Source of the DNA: an uncultured bacterium
GTDB taxonomy: Bacteria > Verrucomicrobiota > Verrucomicrobiia > Verrucomicrobiales > DEV007
Length of the DNA stretch: 64,000 nucleotides
Assembly (NCBI GenBank): GCA_963977015.1
Contig: CAXBMO010000001.1
Span: 384,001-448,000 of the forward strand
Direction: 5' to 3'
The notes under the pieces were generated by a model. The model was not told the origin of the DNA. It searched no databases and saw only the letters and a program-made list of their open reading frames with translations. The translations under genes were made by a program, and so were the position numbers. Position 1 is the stretch's first letter. Every line of letters begins with the position of its first letter. Shown here piece by piece: positions 55,186 through 64,000 of this stretch.

Positions 55186-56532
55186 ATGAGACCCCTTTTC
55201 CTTCTTTGTCTGGCGTTGCTGGTGGCTCCCGCGCGTTCCGCCGAGAGGCCAAACATCGTTTTGATTTTCTCGGACGATCAGGGAGTCAATGACATCGGTT
55301 GCTACGGAAGTGAGATTCCCACACCGAATATTGATCGCCTCGCCGAGGAGGGGGTGAAATTCACCAATTGGTATTCTGCATCCGCGATCTGCACGCCATC
55401 GCGATTTGGGCTCCTGACAGGTCTGAATCCCAGTCGCTCGAAACATGGGTTGCTGAGCGCATTGATGTTTATGGCGGAGGAACATCGCCAGACCGGCATC
55501 CAACCTGAAGAAACAACGATTGCCGAGCGGTTGAGAGATGTTGGGTATGCCACCGCATTGATTGGGAAGTGGCATCTCGGTCACGGCGAGAAAAGCCTCT
55601 TGCCGACGCGGCATGGTTTTGATCGATTCATCGGCCATACCGGAGGTTGCATCGATTTCTTTACGATGACGTATGGAGTCGTTCCCGACTGGTATCACCA
55701 GGAGCAGCATGTGAGTGAGAACGGATATGCGACGGATCTGATCACGGAGGAAGTGGTGAACTATCTTCGGGAACAGAAAGATGCTGAAGATCCGTTTTTT
55801 CTCTACCTCGCCTACAACGCCCCACACTTTGGAAAAGGGTATAGTCCGAAAGATCAGGCGCCGGTCAATATCATGCAGGCCAAAGCGGCGGATTTGAAGC
55901 GGGTTGAATTCATCGAGGACAAGATCCGGCGTGAGTTTGCGGCAATGGTTACGTCTTTGGACGATGGTGTCGGCAAGGTGTTGGCAGCACTTGAGTCGAA
56001 TGGCCTGCAGGAAGACACGCTCGTCATTTTCCTAACGGATCATGGCGGAACTCCAGTTTACGGGGGAAGTAATCTTCCGCTGCGGGGAGACAAAGCGACC
56101 CTATTTGAGGGCGGGATTAAAGTTCCCTGCATGATGCGCTGGCCTGGAAAAATTCCGGCCGGAACAACCAATGACTCATTGGTTTGGTCGATTGATCTGT
56201 TTCCGACGTTTTGCAGGCTCGCAGGAGATCTGTTGGATGAGGAGTCCGTTGATGGACAGGATCTCTCACCGGTCTTGTGGAATGGTGAAAAATGGACGGA
56301 TCGAACCTTCTTCTGGGAACTTGGTGCTCACGAAGAACTTTCGCGAATGCCTTGGTCGGCAGTTCGCTCCGGCGATTGGAAATACGTCCAGACTCCAGAT
56401 GACGGCGAGTTCTTATTCGACATCGATGTTGACCCGAACGAGACCAGGAATCTTCGGGATGCAAATCCCGAAAAGATGGGGCAGATGCGAAAGCTGCGCG
56501 ACCAGTTGGCTGCGGAAACAAAGCCGCGTTAG
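55186..56532 (+). CDS. sulfatase (S1)
   Basis: PNIVLIFSDDQG, CTPSR, GKWHLG, YNAPH, TDHGG, EGGIKVP. Confidence 0.95.
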   Translation: MRPLFLLCLALLVAPARSAERPNIVLIFSDDQGVNDIGCYGSEIPTPNIDRLAEEGVKFTNWYSASAICTPSRFGLLTGLNPSRSKHGLLSALMFMAEEHRQTGIQPEETTIAERLRDVGYATALIGKWHLGHGEKSLLPTRHGFDRFIGHTGGCIDFFTMTYGVVPDWYHQEQHVSENGYATDLITEEVVNYLREQKDAEDPFFLYLAYNAPHFGKGYSPKDQAPVNIMQAKAADLKRVEFIEDKIRREFAAMVTSLDDGVGKVLAALESNGLQEDTLVIFLTDHGGTPVYGGSNLPLRGDKATLFEGGIKVPCMMRWPGKIPAGTTNDSLVWSIDLFPTFCRLAGDLLDEESVDGQDLSPVLWNGEKWTDRTFFWELGAHEELSRMPWSAVRSGDWKYVQTPDDGEFLFDIDVDPNETRNLRDANPEKMGQMRKLRDQLAAETKPR

Positions 56533-56542
56533 CGGACTCCGT

Positions 56543-57289
56543 CTACATCACCATACCGCCATCCACCGTCAAAACCTGGCCTGTTATATAGCTGGCTTCG
56601 GAGCTGGCGAGAAAGAGGGTGGCGCTTGCGATATCATCCGGGCTTCCGAGGACGCCAAGCGGGACGTTCTTGATGATGGTTTCCTTCTGAGCATCGTTGA
56701 GTTCCGCCGTCATATCGGTGGCGATGAAACCTGGGGCTACCGCATTCACGGTCACTTTGCGTGCCGCGAATTCCTTGGCGAGAGCTTTGGTCAATCCCAA
56801 GAGGCCGGCCTTGCTCGCTGCATAGTTGGCTTGGCCGGGATTCCCCATCAATCCGACGACGGAACTGATATTGATAATTCGCGCGCCGCCAGCTTTGAGC
56901 AAGGAACGTTGGAAGGCTTTCACGCAATTGAAGGCTCCCTTGAGATTGGTGTCGAGAACGACGTCCCAGTCTTCCTCTGTCATTCTCAGGGCAAGCTGAT
57001 CTCGTGTCACTCCGGCGTTGTTGACCAGAATATCGACCTTTCCAAACGCTTCCAGAATGAGTTTGCCGGCGGCAATCGTTGCTTCGGTATCAGCGACGTC
57101 AATCGCAAAAGCTTTCGCTGAGTCCGGAAATGCCTGATTGATTTCATCCGCCGCGCTTTGGCAGGAAGATTCACTCCGGCTTACAACCGCGACTTTGGCT
57201 CCTTCGGCTGCAAAGCGATGTGCAATGGCTTTCCCGATTCCTCGTCCGCCGCCTGTGACTACGGCTACTTTATCAGTGAGTTTTCCCAT
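56543..57289 (-). CDS. fabG: 3-oxoacyl-ACP reductase
   Basis: TGGGRGIG, NNAGVTRD, NISSVVG..GNPGQANYAASK, VAPGFI.TDMT, VDGGM. Confidence 0.95.
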   Translation of the reverse strand: MGKLTDKVAVVTGGGRGIGKAIAHRFAAEGAKVAVVSRSESSCQSAADEINQAFPDSAKAFAIDVADTEATIAAGKLILEAFGKVDILVNNAGVTRDQLALRMTEEDWDVVLDTNLKGAFNCVKAFQRSLLKAGGARIINISSVVGLMGNPGQANYAASKAGLLGLTKALAKEFAARKVTVNAVAPGFIATDMTAELNDAQKETIIKNVPLGVLGSPDDIASATLFLASSEASYITGQVLTVDGGMVM

Positions 57290-57333
57290 GGCAATTTCTC
57301 CGCGTGGACCTCACCGATTGCAACTGGAAGTCG

Positions 57334-58284
57334 TTACTTCTCGGGTGGTTCCGTGAGGAGTTTCTCAAGAAATCGTATCGAAGTTTGGCCGACGATCTCC
57401 AAGCTTTGGGCGCTGACATGATCCAGGGTATCCTTGGCGGTGTGCCATGCCTTGAAGTCGAAATCGATAATGTCGATCGCGGCGATTCCCTCGTCTCGAA
57501 ACGGAATGTGATCATCGGTGATGCTGGTCGGCCAGACTCCGAAATAGCGTCTCGTTCCCAGTTCATCGGCAGCACTTCGTAGGGTGTTGGCGAGGAATTT
57601 CGGGGTGTCGGCAGGCAGGGTAATGGAGAGTTTTGTTTCGCCTACCATATCAAGAACAACGACATATTCGGGGCGCAGTTGGGGATCCAGGCGCCGAATC
57701 AAGTTGCGGGCATAGTGCCGGCTTCCGTAGAGGCCATCCTTTTCGTCGAAATTCACGAAGGCTTCTTCGCCATCGAAAAAGACCAGCTCAAGATGCTTGG
57801 CGAATTCAGGTTCGGAAGCGGCGACGCGTGCCATTTCCAGCAAGAGCCCGGTGCTGGAGCCTGCATCGTTGGCGCCAACGAAATGGATGTTGGTGTAGCG
57901 CTTGGTATCGTAGTGAGAGCCGACGAGAAGGTAGGCGCGACGATCCCAAAGGTGGGAAGATTCCTGGGAGTCCGGAAATCGAGCCCGAATATTGCTGAAT
58001 TGGATTGGGCCAATTGGAGTTTCTGCCTCGAAATCCTGCCGTTGCGGTTCCCAACCCGCGGCTCGGAGCTCGTTTTCGAGGTAAACCCGGTTCTTCTCCA
58101 GCGCTTGGCTTCCTGCCGGGCGCGGCCCCATGGCGACCATTGCTTCGACGTGGGCATAGGCCTTTTCACCAGAAAGGCCCGCGTGGAGTGGATTTGCGGG
58201 ATCGGGCTGATAGTTCGGGCCATCCGGAGTGCAACTGACCAAGGAGAGCGCTCCAAGGATGCCCGCTATTGGGAAAAATCGCAT
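57334..58284 (-). CDS. M28 family lipoprotein, glutaminyl-cyclase-like
   Basis: Lipobox LVSC; GSHYDTK, GANDAGSSTG, FFDGEEA, LDMVG, DDHIPF, WHT..D. Confidence 0.82.
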   Translation of the reverse strand: MRFFPIAGILGALSLVSCTPDGPNYQPDPANPLHAGLSGEKAYAHVEAMVAMGPRPAGSQALEKNRVYLENELRAAGWEPQRQDFEAETPIGPIQFSNIRARFPDSQESSHLWDRRAYLLVGSHYDTKRYTNIHFVGANDAGSSTGLLLEMARVAASEPEFAKHLELVFFDGEEAFVNFDEKDGLYGSRHYARNLIRRLDPQLRPEYVVVLDMVGETKLSITLPADTPKFLANTLRSAADELGTRRYFGVWPTSITDDHIPFRDEGIAAIDIIDFDFKAWHTAKDTLDHVSAQSLEIVGQTSIRFLEKLLTEPPEK

Positions 58285-59207
58285 TAATCCTGCTCGATGC
58301 CGAGCAGTTCCAGGATTCGGCCTAAATCCTCGTTGTCGTAGTAGTCGATCTCGATCTTGCCGCCTTTTTTGGAACTGTGGCTGATGGCAACCCGGGTTGC
58401 AAGCCGTCCTCTCAATCGGTCCTGGATGTTGCGAACAAAGTTTGGAACCATGGAGCTGCCTGCTTTTTGAGGCGTGGCACTTCCGGCCTTGGTGGTCTTT
58501 GTGGAAGCAACCCCTTTTGCCCTTTCGGTCACCAGTTTCTCAGTGTCGCGGACGGTCAGCCGTTTTTGAACCACGACATCAGCGAGAAATTGTTGCTCCT
58601 CGGGCTCCTTTAGGCCCAAAATAGCTTTGGCATGGCCGTTCGAAATCGTCCCTTGCGAGACGAGAAGCTGCACATCGGGCGCCAGATCGAGCAAGCGCAT
58701 GGCGTTGGCGACCGCCGCGCGGCTTTTCCCAACGCGTTTGGCGATGTCTTCTTGCCGCAATCCAAATTCCCTTGCCAGCCTGCGGTAAGCTTCCGCTTCC
58801 TCAATCGGATTGAGATCCTCACGCTGGAGATTCTCGATGAGCGCCATTTCCAGCACATCGGCATCGCTCGCGTCCCGAACAATGGCGGGAACCTGATCCA
58901 ACTCAAGAAGTTGGCAGGCTCGGAAGCGCCGTTCTCCGGCGATGAGCTCGTAATCGTCATCAACCCGGCGGAGGATCAACGGCTGGATGACTCCGTGCTC
59001 GCGGATCGATTCCGCCAGCTCCTGAAGCGCGGCATCCGTGAAGCGCTTCCGCGGTTGAAGCGGACTGGCAACGATTTCCTCGACTTCGATGAACTGAACG
59101 CGTTCCCCTGATTCGCCGTCGTCGGTAGGGACTCCCATCCGCGAGCCTGCGGGAGGAGCCTTAATCAGGGCGTCGAGCCCTCTTCCTAAAGCCTGTTTTC
59201 TGGCCAT
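58284..59207 (-). CDS. parB: chromosome partitioning protein ParB
   Basis: ALGRGLDALI, QPRK.F, IAGERRFRA, ALIENLQREDLNPIEEA, HTH VGKSRAAVAN. Confidence 0.96.
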   Translation of the reverse strand: MARKQALGRGLDALIKAPPAGSRMGVPTDDGESGERVQFIEVEEIVASPLQPRKRFTDAALQELAESIREHGVIQPLILRRVDDDYELIAGERRFRACQLLELDQVPAIVRDASDADVLEMALIENLQREDLNPIEEAEAYRRLAREFGLRQEDIAKRVGKSRAAVANAMRLLDLAPDVQLLVSQGTISNGHAKAILGLKEPEEQQFLADVVVQKRLTVRDTEKLVTERAKGVASTKTTKAGSATPQKAGSSMVPNFVRNIQDRLRGRLATRVAISHSSKKGGKIEIDYYDNEDLGRILELLGIEQD

Positions 59208-59246
59208 AACGGCTGAAATTCCGCCAAATGACGGAAGGGGGTGAAG

Positions 59247-59606
59247 TTATTCCACAAAGCGGATTTTGCCCGAAGCTGCAGCTTCCATGGCGGCGTGTTG
59301 CTCGTCGGTGCAAGCCGAGTCAATCGGTGCATCGGGAGCATCCTCGCTTTTCGTGAGCAAGTTTTTCTCAGTCAACCAAGCTTCGACTTCTTCGCCACTC
59401 ACGTCGGCCAGCATCGTGCCATTGACCTCAACGCAGGGAGAAAGCGGTTGGCCGCTTTTTTGCTCCATTTCCCATCGAAAAGCCGGATTCTGGATGATGT
59501 CTTTCTCCTCGTATTGGAGGTCATACTTCCGGAAGATAGCACGGACGCCTTCACTCCAACCACAATGGGTTTTGAGGTATGCGGTAATGTTGAGTTCTTG
59601 AGCCAT
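59247..59606 (-). CDS. monothiol glutaredoxin-like protein
   Basis: YLKTHCGWS, SGQPLSPCVEVNG thioredoxin-fold pattern. Confidence 0.8.
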   Translation of the reverse strand: MAQELNITAYLKTHCGWSEGVRAIFRKYDLQYEEKDIIQNPAFRWEMEQKSGQPLSPCVEVNGTMLADVSGEEVEAWLTEKNLLTKSEDAPDAPIDSACTDEQHAAMEAAASGKIRFVE

Positions 59607-59922
59607 GATTCGACCTAACGCTAACTTAACGAAAAATCAATATCAGGGATCACGGGTATTCTGGTCTTTTTGGTGCCTTTTAATGGAAAGAACGGCCCAA
59701 ATTGGCGGCAATGCCCCCAATGTCGCGGAAACAGGATGGTCCTGAGTCAAGAGAACCTGTCAATTCGGGGGAAATGCAACGCCGTAGAATGAGGATTCAT
59801 CGGATCAACGGAGTATTTGGGAAGGGTGGTCGAGTTTATTGTTCGTGAAATGATCAAATTGATCGATTATTAGGCGCTTTGCTGAATTTGCGACATCGTC
59901 TAATCACTCTCCTGTTGATGCT

Positions 59923-60555
59923 ATGCTCCGGCTTTTAGGATTTCTATTTCTGATTGGTAGTTTGAACTCCGCTTCGGGGGAGCAACCGAGGCTGCGAATC
60001 GTGTTGGATGCTGATCAACCAAGTTTGAGCAGGTGTATGATTCTTGGCTCCGGGCAAGAGATCGAACCGTTTCAGGTTGGATTTGGGCGTCATGGGATCG
60101 ACCCCAAAGGGGCCCGTTTTCGCGGTGGATACTCCCTCTATGGAACGTTTCGGATCAACGCGATCCTTTCGGCTGACCGTTTTGAGATGGAGCCTCGTTT
60201 GATCGAGCAATCAGGGAAAACTGCTGAGTATCTCAAATCCCATCTCTTTGCCAATATGAGCAAAATCGATTTCGATGGTGATGGGGAAGGCGGGGAGTAC
60301 GGGGCCGCGTTTGTCAGTTTGGAAGACCTCAGTGGTAGGGATCAACCGTTTCAGTTCAATACCTACAAGGGGGTGTTTCGTTGGTACAGCTATGCGATTC
60401 ACGGAACTCAGGATCCGGCAAGAATCGGGAAGTCGGTGACGGGAGGATGTATCAACGTCGGCGCTGAGGATCTGGAGCGGATTCTGAGCGTTGTAAAGTT
60501 GGGGGATGTGGTTGAGGTGATGCGTCGCAATACTGAGAGTTTGCTCAAAAACTAA
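59923..60555 (+). CDS. L,D-transpeptidase (YkuD) family protein
   Basis: Signal peptide; AIHGT...IGKSVTGGCINV catalytic His/Cys motif. Confidence 0.85.
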   Translation: MLRLLGFLFLIGSLNSASGEQPRLRIVLDADQPSLSRCMILGSGQEIEPFQVGFGRHGIDPKGARFRGGYSLYGTFRINAILSADRFEMEPRLIEQSGKTAEYLKSHLFANMSKIDFDGDGEGGEYGAAFVSLEDLSGRDQPFQFNTYKGVFRWYSYAIHGTQDPARIGKSVTGGCINVGAEDLERILSVVKLGDVVEVMRRNTESLLKN

Positions 60556-60611
60556 ACAAACGGGCTAAAAAGTTCACAACCGCAGCAATTAATGCTAATC
60601 TCTGTCGAACC

Positions 60612-61274
60612 ATGGCGTCCGAGATGACAACGGATGATTCGCCCGAAGTGGAGCGAGTCTACGCCCAGACGCGCCAAAGCCTGATTGAGCGACTCAAAGA
60701 TTGGGAAGACAAGCGCAGTTGGGACGAATTTTACCAAACCTACTGGCGATTGATTTACTCCGTTGCCGTGAAGGCGGGATTGCGTCCGGATGAAGCTTCC
60801 GAGGTGGTTCAGGAGACGATTCTAACGATCGCGAAACAACAGAATCGAGAGGAAAAAGGATACGATAAAGAGAAGGGGTCATTTAAAAACTGGCTTCTCG
60901 GAGTAACGCGCTGGCGCATCGCGGACCAGTTCCGAAAGCGGCAACGCCATCAAAAATTGGTGGTCACCTTGCCCGATGACGAAAATGAACCCGGATTTCT
61001 GGAACAATTTGCGGATCCCGTCGGACCCGAGGTGGAAAGGGTGTGGGACGCAGAGTGGAACCGAAACCTAACCCGGGCGGCTCTGCAACGGGTCAAGACC
61101 AAGGTGTCTCCCAAGCAGTATCAGATTTTTGATTGTTACGTGGTGAAAGAATGGGAGACCGAGAAAGTACAGGAACATCTCGAAGTCAGCCTGACTCAGG
61201 TTTATCTTGCCAAACATCGCGTTGGAAAACTGGTGAAACACGAAATTGAGACTCTCCAAACGACACTCCTCTAA
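60612..61274 (+). CDS. ECF sigma-70 factor
   Basis: TRQSLIERLK, WDEFYQTYWRLI, EASEVVQE, GSFKNWL, sigma4 region ending VYLAKHRV. Confidence 0.92.
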   Translation: MASEMTTDDSPEVERVYAQTRQSLIERLKDWEDKRSWDEFYQTYWRLIYSVAVKAGLRPDEASEVVQETILTIAKQQNREEKGYDKEKGSFKNWLLGVTRWRIADQFRKRQRHQKLVVTLPDDENEPGFLEQFADPVGPEVERVWDAEWNRNLTRAALQRVKTKVSPKQYQIFDCYVVKEWETEKVQEHLEVSLTQVYLAKHRVGKLVKHEIETLQTTLL

Positions 61275-64000
61275 GACTCCGGAGATCCCCGAAATTCCGG
61301 ATTATGAGCTATTGCGCCCCATTGGACGGGGAGGCTATGGCGAGGTTTTTATTGCCAGAAGCGTCACGGGAACGATGCGGGCGGTAAAGATCGTTCGGCG
61401 CGATAATTTTGAGAGCGATAAAGCTTTCGAAAGGGAGTTTGAGGGAATCCAGCGCTACGAGCAGGTATCCCAGGAACACTCCGGTTTGGTCGATGTTCTC
61501 CACGTCGGTCGTGATGACGCCCAAGGCTTCTACTACTACGTGATGGAGTTGGCTGATGATGTGAACAATGGCCGTGATATTGACTATGAAAAATACGAGC
61601 CATCCACCCTTTCCCAGAAGCTGAAGCAGGGGAGAAAGGTTGGTTTGGTCGAAGCGCTGGAACTTGGCCAGAGTTTGGCCGAGGCGCTTGGGAAGCTCCA
61701 TTCCCATAAGTTGGCTCACCGCGACGTGAAGCCATCCAACATCATTTTCGTAAGGAATCGCCCTCGCTTGGCCGATCCCGGACTGGTTGCGGCAAGTGGG
61801 CAGGACACCTATGTCGGAACGGAAGGGTATGTCCCGCCTGAAGGCCCCGGAACTGCTCAGGCGGATCTTTACAGCCTCGGAATGGTGCTCTACGAGATGA
61901 ACACCGGCAGGGATCGAATGGATTTTCCGGAACTGCCAACGGTGATCGACCCCAACGAGGAACACCTCAAAGAGCGGCGTGAACTGAACACGGTAATTTG
62001 CAGGACTTGTGCCCCGCGCCCGAAACAACGTTACCCGGATGCGCGTGCGTTGGAAGAAGCTCTGGATACGGTTGGAAAAGACCGAAAATTGCCCACATTC
62101 TTTTTCCCTTGGCGGGCAGTCGGAGTTGCCGCTTTGGTCACCGTTTTTGCGGCTGGAGTTGGTGCTGCGATGATGTTTGGAAATTTCCTAGTGCCAGCGG
62201 GCAAAGAGCTTTTTGCATCCGTGAAAAGTCCGCTGAAGACTCAAGAAGAAGCATTATCTCCCGTCATTAGTGAGCCGCCGCCGGAAGCGAAGCCTCTTGC
62301 CAACACCGTTACCGAACCTCCGGCAAAACTGACCGTCGACGAACCGCCCACGGAAGATGGGGAGGCTGAAAACAATGGCCGGACCGAAGTGGTGTCGATT
62401 GAGAAAACACCGATTTCCGTTGGGGAAACCCCGGCTGTTTCAACAGAAAAGTCGGAACTCCCGCCCAAGAAAATCGAACAGGAAGTTGCGGTGGAGAAGG
62501 TGAAAGAGCCAGAGGTAAAACCGGATCCGGAGGCGAATGTCATCGTGATGGCCGAGACCGAACCCGCGTCTCGCAAACCAGTGCGTGAGGGGGTGTTATT
62601 GGTGACCAGCAATCCACCCAGCGCGATCGTTTTCATCAATGGAGAGGAACAAGGAGCGACTCCGGTTCGCCTGACTTTGCCCGCCGCTGATTATCGAATT
62701 CGGTTGGATTTGGAGAACCACAAGGAAGCCAAGTTTTTGGCTCGTGTTGAAGCCGGTCAAACCGAGCCGGTTGATGCCGACTTGATTTACTGGAACCCTC
62801 CCAAACCCGGAGAAGTCTGGGCCAACAGCCTCGGGATGCGATTGGTTCCCGCCAGCCAGGAAAATGGGCACCGGACTCGGGGGCCTGTAAAAATGGCGGA
62901 TTTCAGCCGGTTCGTCAAAGAAGCCGGAATCAAAGGCGATCAGTTTAAAGTCGGAAATGAGCAACTCGTTTTTGCGACTCCGGGAACTCGCCAGAGCTTT
63001 TGCAATTGGCTCACTGAAAAGGATCGAGAGAAGGGGTATTTGGACGAAAATCTGAGATACATGGTGGAGATTTTCGATCCTCTTGATGGGTCTGCGGATC
63101 TGGCGTCGTTTGTTGCATTTGTCGGCAAACCCAGGTTTGGGAACGTGGTCATTGAGAGCGAGCCTGAAGGAGCTGAAGTCTATTTTGAGGGCAAAAAGAT
63201 CGGCGCTACGCCTGTTCGTATACCCAAGCAGGAAGTTGGACCTATCGAGGTTGAGATTCGAAAAGACGGTCACAAAGGGGCTACGGTTCGCGGCTTGGTC
63301 AGTCACACGGAATCTCTGAAGTTACGGGCGATTCTTACGCGAAATGCGGGAGTCGAATTTGGGCAGAAATGGACGAATACGTTGGGAATGCCATTCGTGC
63401 CCGTTGGCGATCTCCTGTGTGCGGTCTACGAAACGCGGCGGAGTGATTACGAGGAGTTTTGGAAGACGGAAGGCACGGAAGACCGGTATTTTGACGTCTC
63501 CTACACTCCGCAGGGGCCGGATCATCCCGTGATCAATATTGAGATCGCCAAAGCACGGAAATTCTGTGAGTGGTTGACTGCCGCTGAGAGAGAGTTGGAA
63601 CTCATCCAACCCGATCATGTTTACCGGTTACCCACCGATGAAGAGTGGAGCCGCATGGCTGGTTTGGAGGGGGAACGGGGAAGGACCCCCGAAGCACGAG
63701 ATGGGATGATCAAAGACGTCTATCCGTGGGGAACTGCTTGGCCGCCGAAGCCTAATGCGGGGAACTTCAAAGACATGACGGTGCGACGCCTTTCCAAATC
63801 GCCTCAGCGTTGGATCGTCGAAGGCTACGAAGACGGGTTTTTGAAAACCGCTCCGGTGGGGCAGTTTGACGCCAATCAATTTGGACTTCACGACATCGCC
63901 GGGAACGTTTGGGAGTACGTGAATGACAACTACGCCGGAAGTCGGCCTACCAAGTATTCAACGGTAATGAGAGGTGGAAGTTGGGCTGACTACACGAAGG
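61246..64000 (+). CDS. membrane Ser/Thr kinase with PEGA and FGE-sulfatase-like (SUMF1) extracytoplasmic domains (3' end runs off the window)
   Basis: Not in the ORF track. Hand translation after the in-frame TGA at 61234 gives TTG 61246, IGRGGYGEV, RAVK, HRDVKPSNI, LADPGL, GTEGYVPPE, a TM helix, PEGA (VTSNPPSA; IESEPEGAEV), then YRLPTDEEW, YPWG, NQFGLHDIAGNVWE, RGGSW. Confidence 0.9.
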   Translation, partial: MRLSKRHSSKTPEIPEIPDYELLRPIGRGGYGEVFIARSVTGTMRAVKIVRRDNFESDKAFEREFEGIQRYEQVSQEHSGLVDVLHVGRDDAQGFYYYVMELADDVNNGRDIDYEKYEPSTLSQKLKQGRKVGLVEALELGQSLAEALGKLHSHKLAHRDVKPSNIIFVRNRPRLADPGLVAASGQDTYVGTEGYVPPEGPGTAQADLYSLGMVLYEMNTGRDRMDFPELPTVIDPNEEHLKERRELNTVICRTCAPRPKQRYPDARALEEALDTVGKDRKLPTFFFPWRAVGVAALVTVFAAGVGAAMMFGNFLVPAGKELFASVKSPLKTQEEALSPVISEPPPEAKPLANTVTEPPAKLTVDEPPTEDGEAENNGRTEVVSIEKTPISVGETPAVSTEKSELPPKKIEQEVAVEKVKEPEVKPDPEANVIVMAETEPASRKPVREGVLLVTSNPPSAIVFINGEEQGATPVRLTLPAADYRIRLDLENHKEAKFLARVEAGQTEPVDADLIYWNPPKPGEVWANSLGMRLVPASQENGHRTRGPVKMADFSRFVKEAGIKGDQFKVGNEQLVFATPGTRQSFCNWLTEKDREKGYLDENLRYMVEIFDPLDGSADLASFVAFVGKPRFGNVVIESEPEGAEVYFEGKKIGATPVRIPKQEVGPIEVEIRKDGHKGATVRGLVSHTESLKLRAILTRNAGVEFGQKWTNTLGMPFVPVGDLLCAVYETRRSDYEEFWKTEGTEDRYFDVSYTPQGPDHPVINIEIAKARKFCEWLTAAERELELIQPDHVYRLPTDEEWSRMAGLEGERGRTPEARDGMIKDVYPWGTAWPPKPNAGNFKDMTVRRLSKSPQRWIVEGYEDGFLKTAPVGQFDANQFGLHDIAGNVWEYVNDNYAGSRPTKYSTVMRGGSWADYTK

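Noticed and set aside
59247-59256. DnaA-box-like TTATTCCACA upstream of parB, suggesting oriC
   Set aside because: A single imperfect match that is simply the Val-Glu-stop codons of the glutaredoxin. No box cluster or parS palindrome was seen.
61234-61274. Sigma-kinase fusion by frameshift or TGA readthrough
   Set aside because: The sigma has a complete C-terminus and stop, the kinase has a usable TTG, and no slippery site or SECIS-like hairpin was evident.

Overview
Gene-dense bacterial chromosome window. It is most consistent with a Verrucomicrobia-type (PVC) organism; this is an inference from the DUF1501 protein, two sulfatases, a PL6 lyase, PEGA/FGE-domain Ser/Thr kinases and an ECF-kinase pair. 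Most of the window is housekeeping: comEC (partial), tRNA-Gly(TCC), prs-rplY-pth-rpsF, rfbA-recQ-cvfB, ispA, rpsA, hrpB, dgt, yebC-rho, fabG and parB. No transposase, integrase, prophage gene, CRISPR array or rRNA was seen. The most unusual elements are: (1) a 1386-aa hybrid histidine kinase fused in frame to an intact Hanks-type Ser/Thr kinase and a second HPt-like domain whose phospho-His is Gln, coupled to a single-domain response regulator; (2) a compact three-gene operon of HemN-like radical SAM enzyme, chorismate-lyase-like protein and flavin-dependent halogenase-like protein; (3) a 932-aa papain/C39-like peptidase fused to a xylose-isomerase-like TIM barrel with degenerate metal ligands, preceded by a 71-aa ORF; (4) a MenAT1-like nucleotidyltransferase toxin-antitoxin pair; (5) an ECF sigma factor with Ser in its DAED motif overlapping a membrane Ser/Thr kinase; (6) a ~150-nt rod-like candidate RNA upstream of yebC; (7) a disordered protein with eight SPF motifs. 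All assignments come from reading motifs by eye. No database search was run.
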